Shown: positions 26,601 to 33,222 of the stretch, one piece after another
How positions within the stretch are numbered: position 1 is the first letter of the stretch
Layout of the letters: each line of letters starts with the position of its first letter
NCBI GenBank assembly: GCA_905209085.1
Contig: CAJLRM010000001.1
Span: 328,289 to 392,288 of the forward strand
Reading direction: 5' to 3'
DNA from: an uncultured Eubacteriales bacterium
Lineage (GTDB): Bacteria; Bacillota; Clostridia; Christensenellales; Borkfalkiaceae
Length of the DNA: 64,000 nt
Notes under the pieces: generated by a model
What the model was told of the DNA's origin: nothing
The model's input: the letters and a program-made list of their open reading frames with translations, nothing else
Databases searched by the model: none
Made by a program: the position numbers and the translations under genes

Positions 26601-27055
26601 CAAAGAAGCCGCTTATCCCGTTTGCCGAGCAGCTTCCATTCCACCTTATATCCGTCTTTTTCCAGCGTAAACAGCTTTCCGTTCGTCCGTTTGCCGAATT
26701 TTACCCGAACGTCGCTCTGCCTGTTTTCATAGCCGTCGAAATCGTCTTCTTTTTCAAGGCACGCCGGACAATCGCAAAGAGTATTGTCTATGGCGAGATA
26801 TTTTCCCTCCGTTTCGTCGTAATAGTGCACGGGCTCGGTGAAAATCTGCGCCCGATAGCTGCCGTCGCTCATTCTGAAATGCTTTACGTTCTCCTCGCGC
26901 TTCGCCTCGTCCTCAAAGAGCACGATAGGCGCGTCTTTATTTTTCTTTAAAGCTACTTCGTCGTATACCTGCCCCTCCGATTCTTCAAGAATTTCCTCGG
27001 AAGCAAGTTCTTCGTTTACGTTTTCTTCCATGTTTTTAAATTTAATGGTTCCCAT
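20603..27055 (-). CDS. rhs: RHS-repeat polymorphic toxin, 2150 aa. It has an N-terminal domain without a signal peptide, a DNRLRE-like domain, a CBM-like insert, YD/RHS repeats, an Rhs core ending in DPxGL, a TM helix pair and a ~150-aa C-terminal toxin.
   Basis: - Multiple YD repeats and core hallmarks are present: YDAWG, YYLQSRYYDAEIRRFINAD, NPVNHADPSGHL.
- C-terminal to DPSGHL come two hydrophobic helices and the toxin (...VYRYYGNNNPIGHWVTPNQY...).
- The ATG at 27055 has an AAGGAAAAA RBS.
- GC declines from ~48% at the 5' end to ~33% at the 3' end. Confidence 0.9.
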   Translation of the reverse strand: MGTIKFKNMEENVNEELASEEILEESEGQVYDEVALKKNKDAPIVLFEDEAKREENVKHFRMSDGSYRAQIFTEPVHYYDETEGKYLAIDNTLCDCPACLEKEDDFDGYENRQSDVRVKFGKRTNGKLFTLEKDGYKVEWKLLGKRDKRLLCDALNDSCAFLPNGKQRSAETKLSDEIRYNDIAPGTDLQYILSPKRIKENIIVRERQDSYEYKFELKLKNLNVELSEDGQRLELFIQKIDEESGALGKETIFTIPMPYMFDADGKKSGEVTYELERLSGNKFIFSVIADENWINAEGRAFPVTIDPVIETKQKWDSNFCLSRKVTNQKNNKGEYIIDDSGYNCVGDDGYGMFRSYLKFKLPNFEGRKILEATLSLYQIGFDGNVNNPGYFDIHKVTSNWNENTTFKWDNCPSFDNKIYSRVRYSTKKYNTLKIDITKLAKEWENNPNYGLMMKDSFEQQYCDFFSFHNEKTAEDDSEIPQLTINYVENRCRVSDEYQVNNIKRAGTHMVDLWTGRNRLVHEDAGFEDNERLSLSVSHVYNILDKAASYIKTSRNNYTPDLGVGRGWKLNLQQFLFKINTAANGYTDSIGFLYIDQNGDEIVFSESKKWKAVYDGAGNVTDVVYATEYLDEQGKKLRCFETDGELRIKDDKETTLYFRNNELYKIIDRNGDYILLEKGACDGKISKVSDSTGHWATFAYNSLCCLNKITFSDGKVFSYTYDSFGRLTKIGYPDGSESEFHYGEGADSYSLTSVRDCSGYRLKIGYTNGKATSLKDFASNKEISAAGVTAYTAGDGGVSSYSTYKGVVYEKEGKEIVIKYENNTTKVITENGYADNYQWSDSGFCECIYQTKNELNASANKKYVTDVSKYKNFNLFDTYEVRPLALAKNFLKNGSFEGLSDCLEWVPVDETSANRYYGVSVDGNYSLKIQSSYTQKRQLCQTVYASQLKLSKGEGLLLSGYAKADSLPTSGANTSNGTTQDKYSTFSLLAKLIYTDGTSETTEVNFDPFKTDWQFAVKGIVVNDPSKLQRIEVYIDYSYNNGAAYFDRISLTKGNAVYTKGLPRFYTNRDMKTYDISELVGIEYKDNDHIFHKYESVSVKDRKKNYLDILAMQQNPDLIIIDGEVHDGGAEPKRTMLTFKKEGESEKKYSLFDIEYAASGITEIVNKSGRIRLYKRRDDNVERTEFISDDKASFAMESEYDASGRLIKETDFRGVVKEYTYSNASKYNNVTKEKTHYANGVNKTLIHRQSYTNNEYIRNTYDERGYDEDGSELYTTTNYNASSENLSSVKLPNGQTVQYSYDKTNTYLLGITTSVSVRSTPGGSVRTQTVGVNYSYNLGYLTSIDTGANGVNYEYAYDGFGNALKTYVNGEEVVAVKSYKDSTYSSTDESTYDYEEVVLGNGTAIKEIYNKKGGLICRKIKTQTGTVNGEAVYGEEVESYRVYYKTDEHGEELDEIDQTIDKMPAIDLGTPTDAKKWYYHRYNYKENGEFDYSTLSSSEGGVEYRSELDEGGRVIKEKYTLSGLSLNHSYQYEYEKNGEGEVIPDNRIKEIRMYDKAEGTSAVDTLTLKYDELGRLTKEGLKPETSSSAEYFYESYGYKNRLGKNSCNCTYQEGSTNYLSTIQYRCKNVYGTESADYDKNGNIKKITDANKSVTYSYDDINRLVSEENGFIGKNHYYSYDADGNLGDVYTQANSSKTWEKKESYHYASGNKNRLVSITEYDMVNNTSREVSIAGSYDALGNPGEYRGNVLEWKRGRVLTKYGNIATYRYDSNNIRVEKQEGGRTHQYYTVGGKIVGERITKGSETKYYRYLYAGEKVIGLTSESGRYYYQYGTSGNIVRVCKEDGSIAARYEYDAWGKCRVYNEEGIDITENTMYNSHIGRVNPFRYKGYYYDEDTKLYYLQSRYYDAEIRRFINADNVGIVSSEYLTTIGGQNLYSYCLNNPVNHADPSGHLIGAIIGLVVSLVFLGLAVYGLIKAGQAFWKEPSWLNLLFLVIAVVDVALSLIAVWKAFKGLLAAVKVTKAKKFIKTSSTQKVDMSVQEYLDKYVPKQYHEEVLKGFGDDAVVSMAQKDIKVYRYYGNNNPIGHWVTPNQYANPISALALDSTQNSAEHMATYILKKGTLLIEGKVIPLNGQLGGGYQYYIAILKNALI
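20850..22010. repeat. ~1.15-kb direct repeat of the Rhs core 3' end (copy in the main gene).
   Basis: See 16300..17458. Confidence 0.65.
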
Positions 27056-27073
27056 AATTTTTTTCCTTTTTGA

Positions 27074-28135
27074 TTAATTGTTTTTTAATTTGATTTCCAG
27101 TATCTGCGGCTTATCATAATTGTCGCCCGTAGATACCGCGCTGACGCCTTTTTCCTGCCCGCTCTTTATGACGAACCCGGAATTTCGCGGCTCATGCAGT
27201 CTTAAAATATCCCGTAGGATCTCGCTCACATCCATCCTTTCATAGCGGCGGCTGCGCCTCGCCGTATACAACAAGCGGGAAAAAGCGGTCTTCGTGTTCC
27301 AAGTCGACGCGAAACTGCACCAAGGCGCGTCCATTTTATAGCCGTCCAGCCTGCATTCTCCCCCCCATTTCGGCAAATACAACGTCGCTTCTTTGACCCG
27401 ATAAAAATTCAGATCGGCGAAAAGCGTTGTGTCGAAACGCGAATACAGCCATTGTTCCCCGTATTCTTCGGTATTTCCCAAAAATGCGGCGCCGCCGAAC
27501 GCATTATTTTCGTCGGGAAGTTTCGACGCTACCGTGGTATCGAGCACCAGTTTCGGCGCGTACAGAGCGATCTCGAAAAGAATTTCTGTCGCCGCGGCGC
27601 TTTCCACCGTCATTTCAAAGGCTTTTTCTCCCCTCTTCACCCCGTTTACCCGCAGCGGACAAACGCCGCCGCCCGTTTTCCCTATTATCCCGTTCACGCT
27701 CAAAAATGGAGTAAACTCCTCCCGCATCAGCGCGAAACACCCCGCGCTTTCCCGAACGGTTCTTTCCGAACTCGTTTCCAGCGAAAATTTCGTCTTGCTT
27801 TTACCGCAGACGACCGCGATTCCGTTAAACGTCGGCTCTATCGATACGTCGTCCGCAAACGCAATCTCGGCGCTGCCGTAATCGTTGCAAAGGATGACGT
27901 TTTCCTCTGTGGCGGCAATTTCGGCATTGATTCCCTGAAAACGATAGCGCCCGTTTTCTTTCCGCCATTTCGGCAACAGGAGCTTCCCTTCTTTCGAATA
28001 TACGGGCACGCTGCAATAATACGCCGTGATCCCGTCCTCTTCCTTTACGAGCACCCGATAGGGATTCGTGTTTCTCTTTTCTATTTTTAAATTTTCCTCA
28101 CCGCGAATGCGGCGGATCTCCCTTAAAATGTCCAT
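27074..28135 (-). CDS. Hypothetical cytoplasmic protein, paralogous to residues ~50-480 of the downstream Rhs protein, including its DNRLRE-like domain.
   Basis: 353 aa. EDGITAYYCSVPVYSKEGKLLL resembles Rhs SDGSYRAQIFTEPVHYYDETEGKYLAI. WLYSRFDTTLFADLNFYRVKEATLYLPKW resembles Rhs GMFRSYLKFKLPNFEGRKILEATLSLYQ. Its stop lies 18 nt before the rhs ATG. Confidence 0.5.
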   Translation of the reverse strand: MDILREIRRIRGEENLKIEKRNTNPYRVLVKEEDGITAYYCSVPVYSKEGKLLLPKWRKENGRYRFQGINAEIAATEENVILCNDYGSAEIAFADDVSIEPTFNGIAVVCGKSKTKFSLETSSERTVRESAGCFALMREEFTPFLSVNGIIGKTGGGVCPLRVNGVKRGEKAFEMTVESAAATEILFEIALYAPKLVLDTTVASKLPDENNAFGGAAFLGNTEEYGEQWLYSRFDTTLFADLNFYRVKEATLYLPKWGGECRLDGYKMDAPWCSFASTWNTKTAFSRLLYTARRSRRYERMDVSEILRDILRLHEPRNSGFVIKSGQEKGVSAVSTGDNYDKPQILEIKLKNN

Positions 28136-28148
28136 ATTCTTCTCACGC

Positions 28149-28715
28149 TTATCGGCCGTCTTCCCCTTCCAAAGTCAAAGCGACGATGTGCATCAACATA
28201 TTGTCGGGAAAAACAATCTCCCGCACCCGCTCTTGTTTTTCGAGGCTGCAAACGCAGTGATGAAAATAGAAAGGGTGCTTCACCGCGCCCGAGGAGAGAA
28301 AAATTTTCGCGGTACGGACGGCGCTGTACTGAAACATAAAATGCGTGAAAATATCCGCATCCCAGCCATGCGACCAATCGGGCACGGCAACGCGCACCGT
28401 TTCTTCGCCGCCGTCCCCGCAGACGACGGTGAAATTTTCGCAGGTATCTCCCCAATGCGAAAATCCGATAAAATGCAGTTTTTTCGCTTCCGCATCCGCT
28501 TTTACTCTCTGCCTGTCGCACAAGACGTTGTCGAAATTTGAATCCGCGAATCGAAATTCCACCCCGTCGATCGTTTCCTCGCCCCGCAGAGAAAAATTCG
28601 CCTGTAAAATGCAGATATTTTCCAGTCCGTACTCCTCCTCGGTCGGGGGCAGGGAAGCGTACACCAATTTGTGATTGAGCCACGGCGAAAGATCGACCCT
28701 TTCAAATCTTTTCAT
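28149..28715 (-). CDS. Hypothetical 189-aa protein (MKRFERVDLSPWLNHKLVY...), translationally coupled to the upstream BtrH-like gene.
   Basis: The internal ATG at 28715 overlaps the upstream TGA as ATGA. The N-terminal 146 codons of the long ORF 28149..29153 overlap that upstream gene, so the internal start is taken. It is Cys/His/Trp-rich (FIGFSHWGDTCENFTVVCGDGGEE) with no recognised family. Confidence 0.5.
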   Translation of the reverse strand: MKRFERVDLSPWLNHKLVYASLPPTEEEYGLENICILQANFSLRGEETIDGVEFRFADSNFDNVLCDRQRVKADAEAKKLHFIGFSHWGDTCENFTVVCGDGGEETVRVAVPDWSHGWDADIFTHFMFQYSAVRTAKIFLSSGAVKHPFYFHHCVCSLEKQERVREIVFPDNMLMHIVALTLEGEDGR

Positions 28716-29650
28716 GCGCACGCCTCCCACAGACAGTCGTAGACTTTCTCTTCCGTTTCCTTTACGGAATCTATCTTTCTCAGAATTCCGTCCCTCCGCG
28801 TGACGGCGAAAGAAAAATTTTCCTGACGCCACATTTTCCACAGCAGGGAAAGGAGATTCGAATAGCCGCTTATCAGAAAGTCCAGCAGGGCGCTCTTTTC
28901 TTTGCTCTGCGAAAACGCCCGCGTTTCGGAAAGACAATAGAGGGAGGTTCTCATGCTTTGCAGATAATCCGTTATCTTCTCCGATTTTTCTTGCAGTTCT
29001 TTTAGGTCGGAAAGAAACATTCTTTTCAGTTCGCCAAGATTCTTTTCCGAGCTTTTTCTCGACGAAAGCAGCCTGTTCAAATCCATTTGCGACCATAGAC
29101 CGAGGGCACCTTTTTGAACTTTCGCCTTGCGTAAAACGCGGCAGGAAAACCACTTTTCGGGATGACGCTTCCGATACATCCCGTTTGCATACAAGAGATT
29201 ATCCAGAGAAATTACTTTCTCCCGAAATTCGTAACTTCCCCTGTAAGCGTGATCCACCACGTTCGCTTCCCGCGTTTTCAGATCGTAGCCGTAACAAAGG
29301 AGAAAGTGCAGTTCATGCCGTATGCCGAACATTTCGGGGCGGCTTTCGAGATAAAAGCAGTCCACCCCGACGATGACCGGCATTCCCTTATCGATCCGCC
29401 TCTTCAACGCTCTCTTAGAGATATTGCGCGATTTGCAGCGATAGCCCGCCGTCCTTTCAAACTCCCGCGCGCCAAGAATCCCCCCTTCGTCCGCCGAAAA
29501 TCCTTCTTTGGCAAAGACCATTGCGTTTAAAAGGAAGAGTTCCCGATCGACGCCTAAGGCGGACAGTCCCGCGATTAACTGATGATAATAGCAGCTTTTC
29601 AGCCAAAATTTGTTGAACGGTTTTACGCCCTCTATTTTATTTTTTATCAT
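28712..29650 (-). CDS. Papain-like / BtrH-N-like Cys-His enzyme, a putative ACP-dependent acyl- or peptidyl-transferase (paralog 2).
   Basis: 312 aa. It has an N-terminal Cys in FWLKSCYYHQLIAGL and a His in RHELHFLLCYGYDL. The same Cys...His spacing occurs in the paralog 31353..32168. The C-terminal half is a helical K/E-rich region. The 5' end overlaps the stop of ACP-1 by 14 nt. Confidence 0.45.
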   Translation of the reverse strand: MIKNKIEGVKPFNKFWLKSCYYHQLIAGLSALGVDRELFLLNAMVFAKEGFSADEGGILGAREFERTAGYRCKSRNISKRALKRRIDKGMPVIVGVDCFYLESRPEMFGIRHELHFLLCYGYDLKTREANVVDHAYRGSYEFREKVISLDNLLYANGMYRKRHPEKWFSCRVLRKAKVQKGALGLWSQMDLNRLLSSRKSSEKNLGELKRMFLSDLKELQEKSEKITDYLQSMRTSLYCLSETRAFSQSKEKSALLDFLISGYSNLLSLLWKMWRQENFSFAVTRRDGILRKIDSVKETEEKVYDCLWEACA

Positions 29651-29873
29651 CCGCTTTTTCCTCCGCCGCCTTTATGACGTCCGCCACCGTGTTCCAAGCT
29701 CCCATATCCAATTCGTCGAGTTCGAATTCGATTTGAAATTCCTCCTCTATCGCCACCAAGACGGCGACGAAGGAAAGACTGTCCAAACTCAACGCCTTTA
29801 ATTCGCTCTCGGGGGAAACGGCTTCTTCCAGGGCACAGCCTTTTTGAATGATGCTTATAATTTTTTCTTTCAT
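29637..29873 (-). CDS. Acyl carrier protein (ACP-1).
   Basis: 78 aa from the internal ATG at 29873 (MKEKIISIIQKGCALEEAVSPESELKALSLDSLSFVAVLVAIEEEF...). LDSLS is the phosphopantetheine attachment serine motif. Its ATG overlaps the ligase stop as ATGA. Confidence 0.7.
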   Translation of the reverse strand: MKEKIISIIQKGCALEEAVSPESELKALSLDSLSFVAVLVAIEEEFQIEFELDELDMGAWNTVADVIKAAEEKADDKK

Positions 29874-31126
29874 CGCCGTATCTTCTTTCCGCTGGCAGTC
29901 GTTTCCAGCTTCTCCACCTTTTTTATTCTGTTCGGCACGAGATACGGGGGCAGGTTGCGGACGAGATAAGTCCACAGCCATTCGGGCGGGATGCTGCCCT
30001 CGTATTTAAGACAGATCATCTCTCCCATATGTTCCTCCCTTTCGCCGTACACCACGCAATCGTGCACCCCCGCGCATTTCTTCGCCTCGATCTCTATTTC
30101 CTGCGGAAAAATATTGACGCCCGCGCGGATGATCATGTCGTCCTTTCTGCCGTCGATATAGTAATAGCCCTCCTCGTCCGTATGCGCCATATCCCCCGTA
30201 TACAGCCAGCCGCGGCGGATCTTTTCTTTCGTGCGCGCCTCGTCGAGATAGTATCCTTTCATCACGCACGGGGATTTCAACAACAGTTCCCCCTTCTCGA
30301 TCTTCATTTTCACCGCCCCGATAGGTTTCCCCACGCTTCCCGCCTTTTTCACGAACTCTTCGGGGAGCAGGGCGCTCGCGCGCGGACTGTGCTCGGTAAG
30401 GCCGTAGACGTTGTAAAACGCCGTTTGCGGCAGAGCCTCGGAAAGCTGACGCGCGGCGGCTTCCGTCAGTCTTTCGCCGCTGACTGCGGCGGTCTTGACG
30501 GGCAGCGGCTTCCCCTTGACGCTCCTGACGAGCGCCGCGTACAGGGTGGGCGTCGCGCAGAATACGTCTATTTCCTTTTCCGAGAGAAAGTTAGCCAGCC
30601 TCGCGGGCATAAACGACTCCTCGTAAAAATAGATCGTCAGTCCGCTGACGAGTCCGTACAAAAGCTCCCCCGTCAGCACCGCGATATGCACCAAGGGGCG
30701 CGCGATACAGATGCTCTTCATGCCTTCCAGACGAAAATAGGAGGCAATGTATTCGAGATTGGCAACGATATTTTTGTCCGTCAGCACCACGCCCTTAGGA
30801 GTGCCCGTCGTTCCGCTCGTGAACATGACAAACGCGGTGTCGTCGCTTACCTGTCCCGCGTCTTTTACCGTTTCGCAGATATAGTTATACTGTTTCAAGC
30901 CGTAATCCAAAGAAACGGGAACGGCGGCGGCGCCCCCGGCAAGGCATTTTAAAATCGCGAGCGCCTGTTCCTCTCTCGTCCCTCCCTTACAAACTTGCAG
31001 TCTTTTTTCTCCCACCGCATTGTTCCCCCACGAGAGCAGTTCGCCGTAAGTGATTCCCGAATCCGCAAACGCGACGCGCTCCGAATACGGCTTGATTTTT
31101 TCTCTCAGATACTCCCAAAGTTTCAT
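29870..31126 (-). CDS. AMP-dependent synthetase/ligase (ANL superfamily), probably loading the adjacent ACPs in a DltA/DltC-like arrangement.
   Basis: 418 aa. Motifs: MFTSGTTGTPKGVVL (AMP-binding), YGLTE, GWLYTGDMA, GRKDDMIIRAGVNIFPQEIE. It sits between two ACP genes with ATGA overlaps on both sides. Confidence 0.8.
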   Translation of the reverse strand: MKLWEYLREKIKPYSERVAFADSGITYGELLSWGNNAVGEKRLQVCKGGTREEQALAILKCLAGGAAAVPVSLDYGLKQYNYICETVKDAGQVSDDTAFVMFTSGTTGTPKGVVLTDKNIVANLEYIASYFRLEGMKSICIARPLVHIAVLTGELLYGLVSGLTIYFYEESFMPARLANFLSEKEIDVFCATPTLYAALVRSVKGKPLPVKTAAVSGERLTEAAARQLSEALPQTAFYNVYGLTEHSPRASALLPEEFVKKAGSVGKPIGAVKMKIEKGELLLKSPCVMKGYYLDEARTKEKIRRGWLYTGDMAHTDEEGYYYIDGRKDDMIIRAGVNIFPQEIEIEAKKCAGVHDCVVYGEREEHMGEMICLKYEGSIPPEWLWTYLVRNLPPYLVPNRIKKVEKLETTASGKKIRR

Positions 31127-31356
31127 AAATATTTCTCCGTCAACAAGGTCAAATCCTTCAAAGTCAGCAGTTTCTCGGGCTGCAAGTCATCCTCGTCGAA
31201 AGAAAAGGAATACGCCTCTTCTATCGACGCGATGAGAAGCACCAAAGACAAACTGTCCAGTCCGTTCTCTTTCAGCGTTACGGTTTCCGTCAGCTGAGCG
31301 CCCGTCGTTTCCCGCGCCAGATCGACGATCTTCTTTTCGATCTCTTCTCTATTCAT
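31123..31356 (-). CDS. Acyl carrier protein (ACP-2).
   Basis: 77 aa from the internal ATG at 31356 (MNREEIEKKIVDLARETTGAQLTETVTLKENGLDSLSLVLLIASIEE...). It has ATGA overlaps with both neighbours. The upstream 178 codons of the long ORF are antisense-GC artefact. Confidence 0.7.
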   Translation of the reverse strand: MNREEIEKKIVDLARETTGAQLTETVTLKENGLDSLSLVLLIASIEEAYSFSFDEDDLQPEKLLTLKDLTLLTEKYL

Positions 31357-32168
31357 TTCATCGCCTCCGCAATCTTTTTTTCGTATTCCGTTATTTCCTT
31401 TAATTCCTCTTTGAACGCGTCCGCTCGTCTTTCCCCTTTCAGCCGCCGCAGACGGACGTAAAAGTAGAGCTTGTCCAAAAGCAAGATCTCCGCTTTCAAT
31501 AGCCCCGCGATTTTTTCCGAGCCGGAAAAATATTTTTCCAGCCGTTTTCTCGTCACTCGCAGGACTCCCAACGCGCCTTCGAGTTTTTCCGATTCCCGCG
31601 GCGGACAAACAGAGGAAAACGTCTGAGTTCGGATCTTTTTTTCGCAGTCGCTCTCCGTATCCGCGCGCCCGTTTCGAAAAGCGTACGTACAAACGGCGTT
31701 GCCCGAAACTTCCTTCAACCTTTCTTCCGTAAACCGCCCTTCGGAGAGGGGATATTGATTGAGCCAGCAAAGAGAGCCGTCCACGCAGATATAATGATCC
31801 TCCCGCCAGGCTTTGCGCTTGTACTCCGCAAAGAAGGCTTCGTTCACGTGCATCAGGCAGAGATCCTCCTCCCTTTGGTTTTTCAGACATTCCGCCAATT
31901 TCTCCCGCGATCCGGGCACGCCCATCGGAAAGACGGAATAGACGTGCGCGGCGATCCCCGCTTTTTCCGCGGTTTCCTGAATGCGGGGCACCCCTTCGTA
32001 CGCCTCGTACTTTGCCCCTTGCGCAAAGTCGTCAAACACCTGCCCTATCGGAACAAAGGATTCTCCGTACAGTTTGGATACGTCGAAACGCTTTGCCAGC
32101 CACGCCAAAAAATAGCTTTCCACACACGACAGAGCGAGCGCTTCCGTAATTTCCCGTTTAGTGATCAT
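31353..32168 (-). CDS. Papain-like / BtrH-N-like Cys-His enzyme (paralog 1).
   Basis: 271 aa. Cys in ALSCVESYFLAWLAK and His in REDHYICVDGSL, aligning with the paralog 28712..29650. It overlaps the NTase stop by 11 nt. Confidence 0.45.
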   Translation of the reverse strand: MITKREITEALALSCVESYFLAWLAKRFDVSKLYGESFVPIGQVFDDFAQGAKYEAYEGVPRIQETAEKAGIAAHVYSVFPMGVPGSREKLAECLKNQREEDLCLMHVNEAFFAEYKRKAWREDHYICVDGSLCWLNQYPLSEGRFTEERLKEVSGNAVCTYAFRNGRADTESDCEKKIRTQTFSSVCPPRESEKLEGALGVLRVTRKRLEKYFSGSEKIAGLLKAEILLLDKLYFYVRLRRLKGERRADAFKEELKEITEYEKKIAEAMK

Positions 32169-33222
32169 CCTCTTTTCTCTCCTTCAAAAAACGCAGAGGG
32201 TCCAAGCTGCAAATTCGCGTCCGCTCGTCCGCCGTCCAAAGCAAGCGCTTTTTCCCCTCATAATCGATCACTTCGGGCTGTCTTTCCCCGTATTCCTCCG
32301 CGGCCGATTTCAGTTCTTCGTCTTCAAAAATGCGCCCCGTTTGCCCGAGCACCGTACCGATTTCTTTCTGTACGCCGTACTTGAAGGCGAGTTTCTTCAA
32401 ATCGCCCTTGTCGAAGGAGTCCTTTTTCCATAGATAGTAGATGTCCGCAAGTTTATAAAGATCGAGATCTTTTCTCCGCTCCGCCATAAAGTACAGACAG
32501 CTTTCCTTGTACTGATGCAAAATGAGGTGCAGAAAAAACATTTCCTCGTTCGCCACGTACATGGGCACCTTGCCCGCGTATTCTTTGCGCGTCGCTATCA
32601 TCTCCGAAAGCAGAGAGTCCCTCTCTCCCGGCACGTTTCCGAGCGAAAAATTGATGTCCGCCTCTATGAAAGGGAGTTCGGGATTGCCCGTCGTCTTCAA
32701 AAAGGGCGCCGTTTCTCCGCGGTTCATGCGGCGTTTCAGAATTTCCAGACGCGGGAAAGGCTTGATCTTTTTCTCCCCCGGCGCATACCTGCCCTGTATA
32801 AATCCCAGCTTTTTCAATGAATTTTCCACCGCGGTGATACCGTCTTGCTCGACGAGAATATCGATGTCGTTGGAAATTCTCTCTCCGTCCTCATAGATAG
32901 CGCTCTCCTCTTCGGCAACGTTGCACAGCACGCTGCCTTTCAGCAAAATGTGCTCCGCGCCGTCCGCCGCCAGCGCTCGGGAAATCTCCCCGATCGCCGC
33001 GCGCATCGACTGCGTGCGCCGAATTTGCCTCTCGAACGTTTCCGAAAGGAACTTCTCTATTTTTGACGGCAGCTCTATTCGACTCTTTTTCGCCCGGTTG
33101 TAAAATAGCCCCGCGATCTTATGGCAGCAGAGGAAGCCTGTCGTTTCATACCAATCGGTCACCGTTTTGGGATTTTCCCCTTTGAGAACGGACACCACGT
33201 AGTGCAGACTGTTTTCCGTCAT
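32158..33222 (-). CDS. Pol-beta-type nucleotidyltransferase-fold protein (uncharacterised NTase family).
   Basis: 354 aa from the internal ATG at 33222 (MTENSLHYVV...). The motif LLKGSVLCNVAEEESAIYEDGERISNDIDILV fits the hG[GS]...[DE]h[DE]h NTase signature. Its ATG overlaps the kinase stop as ATGA. The 167 upstream codons of the long ORF overlap the kinase gene. Confidence 0.5.
   Translation of the reverse strand: MTENSLHYVVSVLKGENPKTVTDWYETTGFLCCHKIAGLFYNRAKKSRIELPSKIEKFLSETFERQIRRTQSMRAAIGEISRALAADGAEHILLKGSVLCNVAEEESAIYEDGERISNDIDILVEQDGITAVENSLKKLGFIQGRYAPGEKKIKPFPRLEILKRRMNRGETAPFLKTTGNPELPFIEADINFSLGNVPGERDSLLSEMIATRKEYAGKVPMYVANEEMFFLHLILHQYKESCLYFMAERRKDLDLYKLADIYYLWKKDSFDKGDLKKLAFKYGVQKEIGTVLGQTGRIFEDEELKSAAEEYGERQPEVIDYEGKKRLLWTADERTRICSLDPLRFLKERKEDDH

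Noticed and set aside
28123-28683. The 186-aa minus-strand ORF overlapping 28149..28715 in another frame. The same applies to 34013..34654 over the beta-helix/membrane genes.
   Set aside because: The composition is Arg/Gly-rich. They fully overlap better-supported genes whose starts are fixed by ATGA coupling.
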